A stretch of DNA of 64,000 nt from Nitrospinales bacterium (GTDB lineage Bacteria; Nitrospinota; Nitrospinia; Nitrospinales; VA-1), in the NCBI GenBank assembly GCA_965223795.1, contig CBDCXL010000002.1, positions 2,752,001 to 2,816,000 on the forward strand, written 5' to 3'. A program made the translations under genes and the position numbers. How positions within the stretch are numbered: position 1 is the stretch's first letter; each line of letters opens with the position of its first letter. The notes beneath the pieces were generated by a model. It worked only from the letters and a program-made list of their open reading frames with translations, was not told where the DNA came from and made no database searches. Of the stretch, positions 11,638 to 26,116 are shown piece after piece.

Positions 11638-12675
11638 TTGACATTCGGTGAATTCTGGGATGCGACGCTGGAATTCATCCAGCCTGTCCTCGAACCGGCA
11701 TTTCTCATAGGCACGATCAAGGCGGCGGTGATCGCCGGCGCGCTGCTGGGCATCGTTCCGGCTCTGGTGTGGCTGGAACGGCGGCTGATGGGGCGGTTTC
11801 AGGTGCGCCTGGGACCCAACCGCGTGGGGCCTTTGGGTCTGGGCCAGCCGTTCGCCGATTCGTTGAAGCTTTTGTTCAAGGAATCGATCATCCAGAAATC
11901 GGCGGACAAGTTTCTCTATCACCTGGCGCCGGCGGTGGTGGTGTTCACGGCGATCGTCACGTTTGCGGTGATTCCCTTCGGCGAGCCGTTGAAAGTCTTT
12001 GGTCAGGAGATCGCGCTGTGGGGCGCCAACATCAATTCGGGACTTCTGTTCGTGTTCGCCATTTCCGGAATGGGCATCTACGGCATGGTGCTGGCGGGCC
12101 TGTCCTCGAACAACAAGTACTCGCTCATGGGCGGGCTGCGCTCCTCGGCACAGATGATCAGCTACGAGCTGACGCTGGGGCTTTCGGCGCTGAGCGTCAT
12201 CGTGATGACCGGGTCGCTCAATCTCATCGACCTGGTGAAAAATCAGGAGTCGGCCTGGTTCATCTTCAAGCAGCCGCTGGCGTTTCTCTTGTTCTTCATA
12301 GCCGGGGTGGCGGAGACCAACCGGGCGCCGTTCGATCTGCCGGAAGCGGAGCAGGAGCTGGTGGCCGGGTTCCATACGGAATACACGGGCATGAAATTCG
12401 CCATGTTTTTCATGGGCGAATACATCAATATGATCACGATGAGCGCCCTGGTGACGCTTCTGTTTCTGGGCGGGTGGGACGCTTACGGCCTGCCGGTCTG
12501 GCCCATCATCGCGTTCGCCGGCAAGGTGTTCTTGCTGTTGTGCGTTTTCATCTGGCTGCGGTCGACGTTTCCCCGCATCCGTTACGATCGGCTGATGACG
12601 TTCGGCTGGAAGGTGCTGCTGCCGCTTTGTCTGGTCAATCTGCTGGTCACGGCCACGGCCGTGGTTCTGCTGTGA
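11638..12675 (+). CDS. nuoH: NADH-quinone oxidoreductase subunit H
   Basis: ERR..GPNRVGP, AQMISYE and AETNRAPFDLPEAEQELVAGFHTEY motifs. Confidence 0.97.
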   Translation: MTFGEFWDATLEFIQPVLEPAFLIGTIKAAVIAGALLGIVPALVWLERRLMGRFQVRLGPNRVGPLGLGQPFADSLKLLFKESIIQKSADKFLYHLAPAVVVFTAIVTFAVIPFGEPLKVFGQEIALWGANINSGLLFVFAISGMGIYGMVLAGLSSNNKYSLMGGLRSSAQMISYELTLGLSALSVIVMTGSLNLIDLVKNQESAWFIFKQPLAFLLFFIAGVAETNRAPFDLPEAEQELVAGFHTEYTGMKFAMFFMGEYINMITMSALVTLLFLGGWDAYGLPVWPIIAFAGKVFLLLCVFIWLRSTFPRIRYDRLMTFGWKVLLPLCLVNLLVTATAVVLL

Positions 12676-12682
12676 GGTTCAT

Positions 12683-13174
12683 ATGCTGAATGCCTTTTCA
12701 GGAATCAAGAATCTGTTGATCGGCATGGGGGTGACCTTCAAGAACATGGTCTCCAAGCCGGTCACGGTGCAGTATCCCGAGGTGAAGCGGACGATGCCGG
12801 AACGCTACCGCGGACGGCATTTCCTCAACCGCGACGAGAACGGCCTGGAGCGCTGCGTCGGCTGCAGCCTGTGCTCGATCAACTGCCCGGTGGGCTGCAT
12901 CCACGTGGTCTCGGCGGAGAACACCGAGGAAAACCGGGTGTCGCCGGGAGAACGCTACGCGGCGGTGTACGAGATCAATCTTTTAAGGTGCATCTACTGC
13001 GGCTATTGCGAGGAAGCCTGCCCGGTGGACGCGGTGGTGCTGCGCGAGCATTACGAATTGGCCGATTACGACCGCGACAAGTACATCGCCACCAAGGAGG
13101 ACCTTCTGGTGTATCCCGAGCCCAACGAGTTTCGGGTGAACATTCTGGGAAACACCGAAAGGGTCAAAAAATAA
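12683..13174 (+). CDS. nuoI: NADH-quinone oxidoreductase subunit I
   Basis: Two CxxCxxCxxxCP ferredoxin motifs; TVQYPE. Confidence 0.97.
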   Translation: MLNAFSGIKNLLIGMGVTFKNMVSKPVTVQYPEVKRTMPERYRGRHFLNRDENGLERCVGCSLCSINCPVGCIHVVSAENTEENRVSPGERYAAVYEINLLRCIYCGYCEEACPVDAVVLREHYELADYDRDKYIATKEDLLVYPEPNEFRVNILGNTERVKK

Positions 13175-13272
13175 CAGGCCGCATTGTTCCGGACGCGGGT
13201 TTCGAGTCCGGTTTTTTCACGCGCCGGATTCCGCCGTTCTGGAATCCGCCGCGCAGCAGGAGGGAAGGTTTC

Positions 13273-13809
13273 GTGTTTGAAATCACCTATGATATCGCGG
13301 TGATCGTCCTGAGCATCACCGCCGTGCTGGCGTCGTTCGGAGTGATCCTCTGTTCCTCGCCGATTTACTGTGCGCTGTATCTCATCGGCAACATGGTGTG
13401 CCTCGCCCTCTTGTTTCTTCTCTTCAACGCCGAATTCATCGCCGCGGTGCAGATCATCGTGTACGCAGGCGCGGTGATGATTCTGTTTCTGTTCATCATC
13501 GCTCTTTTGGGCGGCAAAAAGGAAATCCAGGAAAACTCCGTCCAGAAGGCGTTCGCGTTCACCTTCATCTCGCTTCTGTTCGGCGAGCTGCTGATGGCCG
13601 CCACGGTGGGGCCGACGCGTCCCGTTAAGGGGGAGATCGACGTTGCCGTGCTGGATCAGGTCGGCAGCGCCAAGGCGGTGGGCCTGGAGCTGTTTTCCAA
13701 GCACATGATCGCCTTCGAGCTCGCTTCGGGTCTTTTGCTGGTGGCGGCGGTGGGGATCATCTGTCTGGCGAAATTTTCCTTCGCACCGCTCAAAAGGCGG
13801 GCACGGTAA
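13273..13809 (+). CDS. nuoJ: NADH-quinone oxidoreductase subunit J
   Basis: AEFIAAVQIIVYAGAVMILFLF motif. GTG start inferred. Confidence 0.93.
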   Translation: MFEITYDIAVIVLSITAVLASFGVILCSSPIYCALYLIGNMVCLALLFLLFNAEFIAAVQIIVYAGAVMILFLFIIALLGGKKEIQENSVQKAFAFTFISLLFGELLMAATVGPTRPVKGEIDVAVLDQVGSAKAVGLELFSKHMIAFELASGLLLVAAVGIICLAKFSFAPLKRRAR

Positions 13810-13811
13810 TC

Positions 13812-14111
13812 ATGGAAACCCAACTCGTTCTGATCGTCAGCGCGACCATTTTCTGTATCGGCGCGGTGGGATTCATCATCCGTAAAAATCCGCTCATCAT
13901 GCTGATGTCGGTGGAGCTGATGCTGAACGCGGTGAATTTCCTGTTGATCGGCTATTCCAAGTTTCTGCATTCTCTGGACGGCCAGATCTTCGCCCTGATG
14001 ATCATGACGGTGGCGGCGGCGGAGGTGGTGGTGGGCCTTGCGATCATACTCACGATATTCCGCACCCGCCGGGATCTCAATGTGGACCATATTGACGCGT
14101 TGAAGGGATAA
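13812..14111 (+). CDS. nuoK: NADH-quinone oxidoreductase subunit K
   Basis: LMSVELMLNAVN and VAAAEVVVGLA motifs. Confidence 0.96.
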   Translation: METQLVLIVSATIFCIGAVGFIIRKNPLIMLMSVELMLNAVNFLLIGYSKFLHSLDGQIFALMIMTVAAAEVVVGLAIILTIFRTRRDLNVDHIDALKG

Positions 14112-14116
14112 GTACT

Positions 14117-15985
14117 TTGTTCGTCTACACCTGGCTGATCCTGATCATTCCCCTGCTCGGCTTCATCGGGCTTTCCTGGTTCGGGGACCGGTTTCCCAAA
14201 AAATATGTGGGCTGGACCGGCTGCGCCACGATCCTGCTTGCGTTCGCGGTCAGCTTCGTCGCCTTCATCGACCTTGCGGTGATGGAACCGGAGCAGCGGA
14301 CGGGGCATGTGGTCCCGCTTTACCAGTGGATCGCATCCGGCGGCTTCAAGCTCGACCTCGCCATTCTGATCGACCCGCTCTCGGTGTTCATGTTCCTCAT
14401 CATCACCGGCGTCGGCTTCGTGATCCACGTCTACTCGGTCGGCTACATGGAGGAAGACCCCGAGTACAGCCGGTATTTTTCCTATCTCAATCTGTTCGTG
14501 TTCTCCATGCTGCTGCTGGTGGCGGCGGCGGATTTCTTTTTCCTGATCGTCGGCTGGGCCTTCGTGGGATTGGCGTCGTACCTGCTGATCGGGTTCTGGA
14601 GGGAAAAGACCAGTGCCGTGCTGGCGGCGCGCAAGGCCTTCGTCATGAACGTGATCGGCGATGTGGGCATGGTGATCGCCGCGTTCATCATTTTTCAGCA
14701 CTTCGGCACCATTCAATACCTGGAGGTGTTCGCCGCGGCTCCGGATAAATTTCTGCCCAACGACGACGGAATTTTACTGATCACGCTGCTGCTGCTGGTA
14801 GGCGCGTTCGCCAAATCGGCGCAGCTGCCGCTGCACACCTGGCTGCCGGACGCGATGGAAGGCCCGACCCCGGTCAGTGCGCTGATCCACGCGGCGACGA
14901 TGGTCACGGCCGGCGTGTACCTGGTGGCCCGCTGCCACGTGTTGTATGAACTCGCGCCGTTCACGATGTACTTCATCGCCACCGTCGGCGCGCTGACGGC
15001 GCTGTTCGCGGGCACCATCGGCATGGTGCAGTACGACATCAAGCGGGTGATCGCCTATTCGACGATGAGCCAGCTGGGCTACATGTTTCTCGCGGTGGGG
15101 ATCGGCGTGTTCAGCATGGGCATGTTTCATCTGATGACGCACGCGTTTTTCAAGGCGTTGCTGTTTCTGAGCGCGGGCAGCGTGATCCACGCCCTGAACG
15201 GCGAGCAGGACATCCGCAAGATGGGCGGTCTGCGCGCCTCGATGCCGCTCACGCACCTGACTTTTCTCATCGGCGCGCTGACGCTGGCGGGATTTCCGCT
15301 GACCAGCGGATTTTTCAGCAAGGAAGCCATCATCATGAGTTCCTGGCACGCGGACATGGGCAACTTCGCGTTCTGGGGAATCGCGGTGCTGACGGCGGGG
15401 ATGACGGCGTTTTACATCTTCCGTGTGTATTTCTACACGTTTCTCGGAAAATCCCGCAGCCCGGAGGCGCATCCGCATGAAGCGCCGCCGGTGATGGCGG
15501 GGCCGCTTCTGCTTCTGGCTTTCTTTTCGCTGGTGATGGGGTTCGCGGCGCACTGGGTGGACGGATTTTTAGCGCCTGTATTCGGCGGCGTGCCGGTGCA
15601 CTACGAGGATGCGGTGCTGGAGACGTTCGCGGTGGGCGCCGGGATTCTCGGCATCCTGGCGGCGGCGGTCATCTACATGACCGGGCAGGACCGCCTGGAG
15701 TTCGCCAAGGAGGCGTTCGCTCCCATTTACGATCTGATGTACAACAAGTTTTATGTGGATGAGCTGTACGATTTTCTCATCGTCAAGCCGGTGCGCGGCA
15801 TCGGCGGTTTCCTGGCCGACAAGGCGGAAAGGGACGGCATCGACTACGCCGTGGACGAGGTGGGCGCGCAGGTGAAAGGCGTGAGCCAGGGCATCAGCGT
15901 CTGGCAGTCCGGAAAAGTGCGCACCTACGCGCTCAACATGATCGTCGGCGTGGTGACGATCCTCTTGTTTGTGGTGTTCCTGTAA
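14117..15985 (+). CDS. nuoL: NADH-quinone oxidoreductase subunit L
   Basis: KSAQLPLHTWLPDAMEGPTPVSALIHAATMV and THAFFKALLF motifs. Confidence 0.97.
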   Translation: MFVYTWLILIIPLLGFIGLSWFGDRFPKKYVGWTGCATILLAFAVSFVAFIDLAVMEPEQRTGHVVPLYQWIASGGFKLDLAILIDPLSVFMFLIITGVGFVIHVYSVGYMEEDPEYSRYFSYLNLFVFSMLLLVAAADFFFLIVGWAFVGLASYLLIGFWREKTSAVLAARKAFVMNVIGDVGMVIAAFIIFQHFGTIQYLEVFAAAPDKFLPNDDGILLITLLLLVGAFAKSAQLPLHTWLPDAMEGPTPVSALIHAATMVTAGVYLVARCHVLYELAPFTMYFIATVGALTALFAGTIGMVQYDIKRVIAYSTMSQLGYMFLAVGIGVFSMGMFHLMTHAFFKALLFLSAGSVIHALNGEQDIRKMGGLRASMPLTHLTFLIGALTLAGFPLTSGFFSKEAIIMSSWHADMGNFAFWGIAVLTAGMTAFYIFRVYFYTFLGKSRSPEAHPHEAPPVMAGPLLLLAFFSLVMGFAAHWVDGFLAPVFGGVPVHYEDAVLETFAVGAGILGILAAAVIYMTGQDRLEFAKEAFAPIYDLMYNKFYVDELYDFLIVKPVRGIGGFLADKAERDGIDYAVDEVGAQVKGVSQGISVWQSGKVRTYALNMIVGVVTILLFVVFL

Positions 15986-16000
15986 TACGTTGACCGAACT

Positions 16001-17518
16001 ATGCTGACACTGACTGTATTCATACCTCTGATCGCGGCGTTCCTCCTTCAGTTCATTCCGAAGGACAACAAGACCGCTATTCAGATGACGGCGACGGCGG
16101 GCGCGGGGGCCGGTTTCGCTCTTTCACTGGCACTGCTCTCCCTATTCGACCGGGCGCAGCCGGGCATGCAGTTCGTGGAATCGTTTTTGTGGGTGCCCAT
16201 GCTGGGAATCCGCTACGAAGTGGGCGTGGACGGGGTCAGCCTGCTGCTGCTGGTGCTGACGGCGTTCTTGGCGGTCGTCGCGGTGGTGTTGTCGCAGGGC
16301 GAAAAGAAGAACCTGCGCAATTTCCTTTCGCTGCTGCTGGCGCTGGAAACGGGCACGCTGGGCGTGTTCGTGGCGCTGGACACGATCCTGTTTTACGTGT
16401 TCTGGGAGCTGATGCTGGTGCCGACGTATTTTCTCATCGGCATCTGGGGCGAGGGGAAGCGCATCTACGCGACGACGAAATTCGTGATTTTCACGCTGGT
16501 GGGCAGCCTGTTGATGCTGGTGGCGATCATCGCCATCACCGTCGTGCATTACGAGGCGACGCACGAGCTGACCTTCGACATCCAGAAGCTGGTGCACACG
16601 CATTTCGATCCGGCCTCGCAGGTGTGGATGTTCGGTTTCTTTTTCCTGGCCTTCGCCATCAAGGTGCCGGTGTTTCCGCTGCACAGCTGGCTGCCGCACA
16701 CCTATGTGTCCTGTCCCATTCCGGCGCTGGTGCTGCTGACCGGCGCTATGTCCAAGACCGGCGCGTACGGTTTCATCCGCTTCTGCCTGCCGTTGTTTCC
16801 CGAAGCGGTGGCGGACATGGGGACTCTGATCGGCGCGATGGCGGCGGGCGGCATCGTGTACGGCGCCTGGATCGCCGTTTCGCAGAAGGACCTCAAGGCG
16901 CTGGTGGCGTATTCCAGCATCAGCCACCTGGGATTCATCGTGCTCGGCATCTTCGCGCTCAACAGTCAGGGCGTGGGCGGCAGCGTGCTGCAGATGGTCA
17001 ACCACGGCATCATTGCCTCGGCGCTGTTCATCATCGTCGGGATCATCGAGTCGCGCCTGGGGACGCGCAACATCAGCGAGTTTAGCGGGCTGGGACAGTC
17101 GATGCCGGTGCTGTACGGCATCTTCATGCTGGTGACTCTGGCGGCGCTGGGATTGCCGGGGCTCAACGGCTTCGTGGGCGAGTTCATCATCCTCATGGGG
17201 GTGTGGACCTCGGACCTGCTCGCGGACTGGTCCGGCACCTATGTGCTGATGGCGGCGCTGGCGATCGTGTTCGCGTCGATCTACATGATGTACATGTTCC
17301 AGGGCGCCATGCAGGAAAAGAAAACCAAAATTCCCGACGGCGTGAAGGATGTCGACAGGCGCGAGGTGGGACTGCTGCTTCCGGCCTGCATCCTCATCGT
17401 TCTCATCGGGCTCTATCCCAAGCCGCTGATGGAACGGGTGACGCCCTCGGTCGATTCCCTTCTGGCGATCGAAAAGACCGTCAACCTGGACGCCGGGAAA
17501 GACGCGGGCCATCACTGA
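16001..17518 (+). CDS. nuoM: NADH-quinone oxidoreductase subunit M
   Basis: FYVFWE, IKVPVFPLHSWLP, LVAYSSISH and LGLPGLNGFVGE motifs. Confidence 0.96.
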   Translation: MLTLTVFIPLIAAFLLQFIPKDNKTAIQMTATAGAGAGFALSLALLSLFDRAQPGMQFVESFLWVPMLGIRYEVGVDGVSLLLLVLTAFLAVVAVVLSQGEKKNLRNFLSLLLALETGTLGVFVALDTILFYVFWELMLVPTYFLIGIWGEGKRIYATTKFVIFTLVGSLLMLVAIIAITVVHYEATHELTFDIQKLVHTHFDPASQVWMFGFFFLAFAIKVPVFPLHSWLPHTYVSCPIPALVLLTGAMSKTGAYGFIRFCLPLFPEAVADMGTLIGAMAAGGIVYGAWIAVSQKDLKALVAYSSISHLGFIVLGIFALNSQGVGGSVLQMVNHGIIASALFIIVGIIESRLGTRNISEFSGLGQSMPVLYGIFMLVTLAALGLPGLNGFVGEFIILMGVWTSDLLADWSGTYVLMAALAIVFASIYMMYMFQGAMQEKKTKIPDGVKDVDRREVGLLLPACILIVLIGLYPKPLMERVTPSVDSLLAIEKTVNLDAGKDAGHH

Positions 17519-17587
17519 GCCGCGTTTTCACACGCACCGCGAAGACCGTCGTTTTCTTCTCCATTCCTTTCTTTATATCCTGAAAGC

Positions 17588-18301
17588 ATGAAACTGGGAG
17601 ACACGCTCGTCGACGGGATCTTTTTGCGCCGTCCCAATCGCTACCTGGCGCACGTGACCGTCGACGGGGTGGAGACCACAGCGCACGTGCCCGACCCGGG
17701 CCGGCTGCCGGGGCTGATGATTGCAGGCCGCAGTGTGCGGCTCATTCACAATCCCGGTCCCACGCGCAAAACCGATTACACCCTGGCGCTGGTGCGGCAC
17801 GGCTCGATCTGGGTGTCGGTGTACCCGGTGTTCGCCAACAAGGTGGTGGAAGAAGCGCTCGCGGCCGGAAAGATCGACGTGTTCGGCAGCGTTCAAAGCC
17901 ATGCGAGCGAGGTGAAGGTGGGGAAAAGCCGCTTTGATTTTGAATTGACGACCGCGGGCGGTCGCATCCTGGTGGAAGTGAAATCGGTCAGCTTTGTCGA
18001 GGATACCGTCGGGAAGTTTCCGGACGCGCCCACCGAACGCGGTGTGAAGCATCTGAAGGAACTCATCCAGCTCAAGCAGGAAGGCGTGCGCACGGCGGTA
18101 CTGCTGGTTTCGCCGCGATCGGACACGCGCTCCATCGCGCCCAACGACGCGATCGATCCCAAGTTCGGCACGTGGTTGCGCAACGCGCACGCCGCAGGCG
18201 TGGAACTGTACGGCTACAACTGCCGGGTCACACCCTCCTCGGTTTCGCTCGACCGGCGGGTGGAGATCGTGTTCCCAGATCAGCGGGACTCTGTGGGCTG
18301 A
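17588..18301 (+). CDS. sfsA: SfsA-family nuclease-like DNA-binding protein
   Basis: RPNRY, HVPDPGRL, SRFDF, VEVKSV and FPDAPTERGVKHL motifs. Confidence 0.93.
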   Translation: MKLGDTLVDGIFLRRPNRYLAHVTVDGVETTAHVPDPGRLPGLMIAGRSVRLIHNPGPTRKTDYTLALVRHGSIWVSVYPVFANKVVEEALAAGKIDVFGSVQSHASEVKVGKSRFDFELTTAGGRILVEVKSVSFVEDTVGKFPDAPTERGVKHLKELIQLKQEGVRTAVLLVSPRSDTRSIAPNDAIDPKFGTWLRNAHAAGVELYGYNCRVTPSSVSLDRRVEIVFPDQRDSVG

Positions 18302-18762
18302 AAGAAAAAATCGATGTCCGGGTCCACGCGCCAGCCGTCCTCTTCCTTGTGCACCCATTTCTGGGTCACCATCTGGGTCCTGAGCTGCGTGCTCGGCCTC
18401 ACCGTGTACTGGTAGCGGATGAGCACGTCCGCCCGGTTGAACTCCTTATCGGGGCCGTCGCTGGTGATGCGGACGGGCGTGTCGTTGTCGAACAGGCGGA
18501 CGTTGAGGATGGAGGTTTTATAAAAGGTGACGTCGTTTTCCACCCGCAGCGATTTTTTCAGAAACTCTTCCTGCTTGTCCAGAATGACAAAGGGGGAGCT
18601 GATGTCCATCATTTTCCCTTCGAACCTGAGGTTGAACGCGCGGATGCTCTTTTCCAGATCCTCATGCGACTGGCTCTGGGCGTAGGACGCGCAGGCGGCG
18701 AGGGCGAAGAGCGAAAGGGCGGCCAGCAAACGGGGCAATGCTGAGAAGGGCGATCGTTTCAT
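18280..18762 (-). CDS. Putative lipoprotein
   Basis: MKRSPF.. signal peptide with a LAAC lipobox. Confidence 0.7.
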   Translation of the reverse strand: MKRSPFSALPRLLAALSLFALAACASYAQSQSHEDLEKSIRAFNLRFEGKMMDISSPFVILDKQEEFLKKSLRVENDVTFYKTSILNVRLFDNDTPVRITSDGPDKEFNRADVLIRYQYTVRPSTQLRTQMVTQKWVHKEEDGWRVDPDIDFFFQPTESR

Positions 18763-18920
18763 GGAAAAACCTCGTGTGGTATGATTGAAGCCGGTTGAAC
18801 AGGAAGGACAGAAAACCGAAGATGTGACGCTTTCAATTATAAGGCATTTTCCCTTTTCCCACCAGTCCCATCCATTTGAATCTGAGTAGCGCCGACCGGC
18901 CCCTTGTGCAGGACACTCTC

Positions 18921-19760
18921 TTGAAGAAAAAAAACAGAACCCCGCGAACCCGAAAAAAAGCTGCGTCACCCCGGAGTGCGAAAGAACGGACGGTCACGGT
19001 CTGGGATCAGGCGGCGGCCTGGTACGACAACCTCGTGGGGACGCGCGGCACCGACTTTCACAAAAAAATAATTCTGCCCGGCGTGCACCGGCTGCTGGCG
19101 TTGAAAAAAGGCAGCCGGGTGCTGGATCTGGCCTGCGGCCAGGGCGTCCTGTCCCGCTTTCTCGCACAGAAGGGAATGAAAGTCGAAGGGGTCGATGCTT
19201 CCGAAGAGCTGATCCGCTTTGCCCGCGGCCGCAGCAAAACGGGCGTGCGCTACCACATCGGCGACGCGCGCGATGAAGCCGCGGTTCCTGAAAACCGCTT
19301 CGACGGCATCGCCTGCATTCTCGCGCTGCAGAACATGGAAGAGCTGGAACCGGTGTTCGACAATGTCTTTCGCGGCCTCAAACCGGGAGGGCGTTTCGTG
19401 ATGGTGGTGACGCATCCGTGTTTCCGCATTCCCCGCCAGAGCCACTGGGGCTGGGACGAGGAAAAGAAGCTCGAGTACCGCCGGGTCGACCGCTACGCGT
19501 CGGAAATCTCCATTCCCATCGTCACGCCGCCCATCGCCACCTCCAAGGTGTTCACGCTCACCTACCACCGGCCGCTGCAAAGCTATTTCACCGCGTTGGC
19601 CGAAGCGGGGCTGCTGGTGGACGGGCTGGAGGAATGGGTGTCGAACAAGACCAGCGAGCCGGGCAAACGCGCCAAGGCGGAAAACCGGGCGCGCAAGGAG
19701 ATCCCGCTGTTTCTGGCCATCCGGGCGGTGAAGCCGCAAGAAGAGACTCAGACAGGATAA
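18921..19760 (+). CDS. Class I SAM-dependent methyltransferase
   Basis: VLDLACGQG motif I; LKPGGRF, HPCF and YHRPL. Start codon uncertain. Confidence 0.88.
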   Translation: MKKKNRTPRTRKKAASPRSAKERTVTVWDQAAAWYDNLVGTRGTDFHKKIILPGVHRLLALKKGSRVLDLACGQGVLSRFLAQKGMKVEGVDASEELIRFARGRSKTGVRYHIGDARDEAAVPENRFDGIACILALQNMEELEPVFDNVFRGLKPGGRFVMVVTHPCFRIPRQSHWGWDEEKKLEYRRVDRYASEISIPIVTPPIATSKVFTLTYHRPLQSYFTALAEAGLLVDGLEEWVSNKTSEPGKRAKAENRARKEIPLFLAIRAVKPQEETQTG

Positions 19761-19770
19761 CAGGATAAAA
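19748..19770 (+). repeat. 23-bp motif TCAGACAGGATAACAGGATAAAA, copy 1
   Basis: Identical to the reverse complement of 40323-40345; contains the stop codon of the upstream gene. Confidence 0.85.
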
Positions 19771-19872
19771 AAACAGAAAAGCAGGTTTTGCGCAATGACG
19801 TAAAGGAAAAAGCGAGACAGGATTAACGGGACAAAAGTGGAATGGGAGGGGTAAAAAGCGAAAATCGGTTTT

Positions 19873-19900
19873 AACCGCAAAGACGCAAAGGACGCAAAGA
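19873..19900 (+). repeat. CGCAAAG tandem short repeat (type seen flanking GxxExxY genes)
   Basis: aaccgcaaagacgcaaaggacgcaaag; related to 39864-39884. Confidence 0.65.
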
Positions 19901-19961
19901 AATACTAGAAACGAAAACTCAACTATCCCTCAAGCCACCTCCAGTGTTTTAATGAGCGAGT

Positions 19962-20075
19962 GTCGAGCTATGCTCGACCTCCCCTGGAGGGAGAGGGCAG
20001 CCCCTGAGTCATCCTGAGCCCTTCGGCAAGCTCAGGGCAGGCTTGTCGAAGGACGAAGGGGCTGGGTGAGGGGGA
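19962..20075. repeat. Nested REP-like palindromic elements
   Basis: gtcgagc/gctcgac hairpin, then a cccctggagggagaggg...ggggctgggtgagggg shell enclosing gtcatcctgagc..cttcggcaagctcagg..cttgtcgaagg. Related to 46998-47057. Confidence 0.7.
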
Positions 20076-20262
20076 TTTGATAGGATTCTTCCTCGTTTAT
20101 GGTGATCTCCTTGAGGAATGACTTTTTTGTACCTACCTTAGCTTGTCGGAGAACGAAGTGGACGGGAGAAGGACATATCCCTCTGCGGATGAATCCTTTA
20201 TGGCGGGTAGTCGTCTAAACCTTTATTCATAAGGTTTGTTTCATTTTCAGGGATCGCGTCGC

Positions 20263-20640
20263 ATGCCCAGCTACACCTACGAATTGCAGGAGCCCGACAT
20301 CCTGCTGTCCAACATCCGCCAGGGGCTGGTGGCCCTGGGAGGCGACTGGCATGAGATCGCGCCGCTGATGCGCGAGGGGCACGTGGAGTACCGGCCCATC
20401 CGGGCGAACCCGATGCGCTCGGGCTACCGCTACGAGTACAAGCGCGCGAAGCTCGATCTCAACCTGTATTTCCCCGAACCGGTGTTCGAGACGCTGCACG
20501 CCTTCCTCGACGGGGAAAAGCTGGAAGTCCTCAAAGCCGTGGTGCAGGGAGCGCTCCCCAAACGCTCCGGCTATGACCTCCACACCTTCAAGATCCTCGG
20601 TATCATTGAGGAAACGGGGAAGGGCGGAGAAGTTTCCTAG
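20263..20640 (+). CDS. Hypothetical protein
   Basis: 125-aa ORF with host-like GC3-rich codon usage; no motif recognised. Confidence 0.7.
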   Translation: MPSYTYELQEPDILLSNIRQGLVALGGDWHEIAPLMREGHVEYRPIRANPMRSGYRYEYKRAKLDLNLYFPEPVFETLHAFLDGEKLEVLKAVVQGALPKRSGYDLHTFKILGIIEETGKGGEVS

Positions 20641-20648
20641 TAAAGCAA

Positions 20649-23861
<3,213 letters not shown>

Positions 23862-23994
23862 CGATCGAAAGGTCCGTGTATCTGGAAGAGGGAGAGTGTG
23901 CGGCCCGGACTGCGTGCGGAGAGCCGTTGTGCCGGAATTGAAACTGCGTTCTCTTTCGGGCCGATTCTTCCCCGGTCCGAAGAGTTCGATCATA

Positions 23995-24912
23995 TCATTG
24001 TTTTGACGGGCTTAACAATGCCTGCAGGATGGCTTTTTGAACATGCAGACGATTTTCCGCCTGATCGAAGACGATGGAGCGCGGGCCGTCCATCACTTCG
24101 GCGGAAATCTCCATGCCGCGGTGCGCCGGCAGACAGTGCATCACCCACACGTCCTCGGCGGCGGCGTCGACCAGTTTCCGGTCGATCTGGTAGGGCTTGA
24201 GCTTCTCGTTTTTTGCCTGCGCCTCGCCTTCGTGCCCCATGCTCACCCACACATCGGTGTAGAGCACATCGGCGTTGTCCGCGGCGGCCAGCGGATCTTC
24301 GAGCACATCGATGCAGCCCGAAATTCCCAGCTCCTCGGGCCGCCTGGGTTGACAGCCCGGCGGGCTGGCGACGGCGACGTGGAAACCGAGGGTCGCCGCG
24401 GCGATCATCCAGGAATGCGCGACGTTGTTGCCGTCGCCGATGTAGGCGACCTTGAGATTGTCCAGATGGCCGCGCTTTTCCTGAAGGGTGAACAGGTCCG
24501 AGAGGATCTGCACCGGATGGTTGTGGTCGGTGAGCCCGTTGATCACCGGGATGCTGGCGTGTTTTGCGAGCTCCACCACTTCCTGATGGTCGTGGGTGCG
24601 GATGAGGATCGCGTCCAGGTAGCGGGACAGCACCTTCGCCGAATCCGCCAGGGTCTCGCCGCGGTTGAGCTGCATCTGCTCGGCGCTCAGAAACAGGGCG
24701 TGGCCGCCGAGCTCGAACATGGCCACCTCGAAGGAGATGCGCGTGCGGGTGGACTGCTTGCCGAAGATCATCCCCAGCGACCGTCCCTTGAGGGGATGGT
24801 GCGTTTCCCGGCGGGAACGGTTGCGTTTCAATTCGGCGGCGGATTCAAACAGCGCGAAGATGTCCTCGCGGGTCAAGTCGCTGACGGCGATGAGGTCTTT
24901 TTTCATGAGCAC
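23995..24912 (-). CDS. argF: Ornithine carbamoyltransferase
   Basis: STRTR, HPVQILSD, YTDVWVSMG, HCLP and QAENRLH motifs. Confidence 0.96.
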   Translation of the reverse strand: MLMKKDLIAVSDLTREDIFALFESAAELKRNRSRRETHHPLKGRSLGMIFGKQSTRTRISFEVAMFELGGHALFLSAEQMQLNRGETLADSAKVLSRYLDAILIRTHDHQEVVELAKHASIPVINGLTDHNHPVQILSDLFTLQEKRGHLDNLKVAYIGDGNNVAHSWMIAAATLGFHVAVASPPGCQPRRPEELGISGCIDVLEDPLAAADNADVLYTDVWVSMGHEGEAQAKNEKLKPYQIDRKLVDAAAEDVWVMHCLPAHRGMEISAEVMDGPRSIVFDQAENRLHVQKAILQALLSPSKQ

Positions 24913-24916
24913 CGCC

Positions 24917-26116
<1,200 letters not shown>

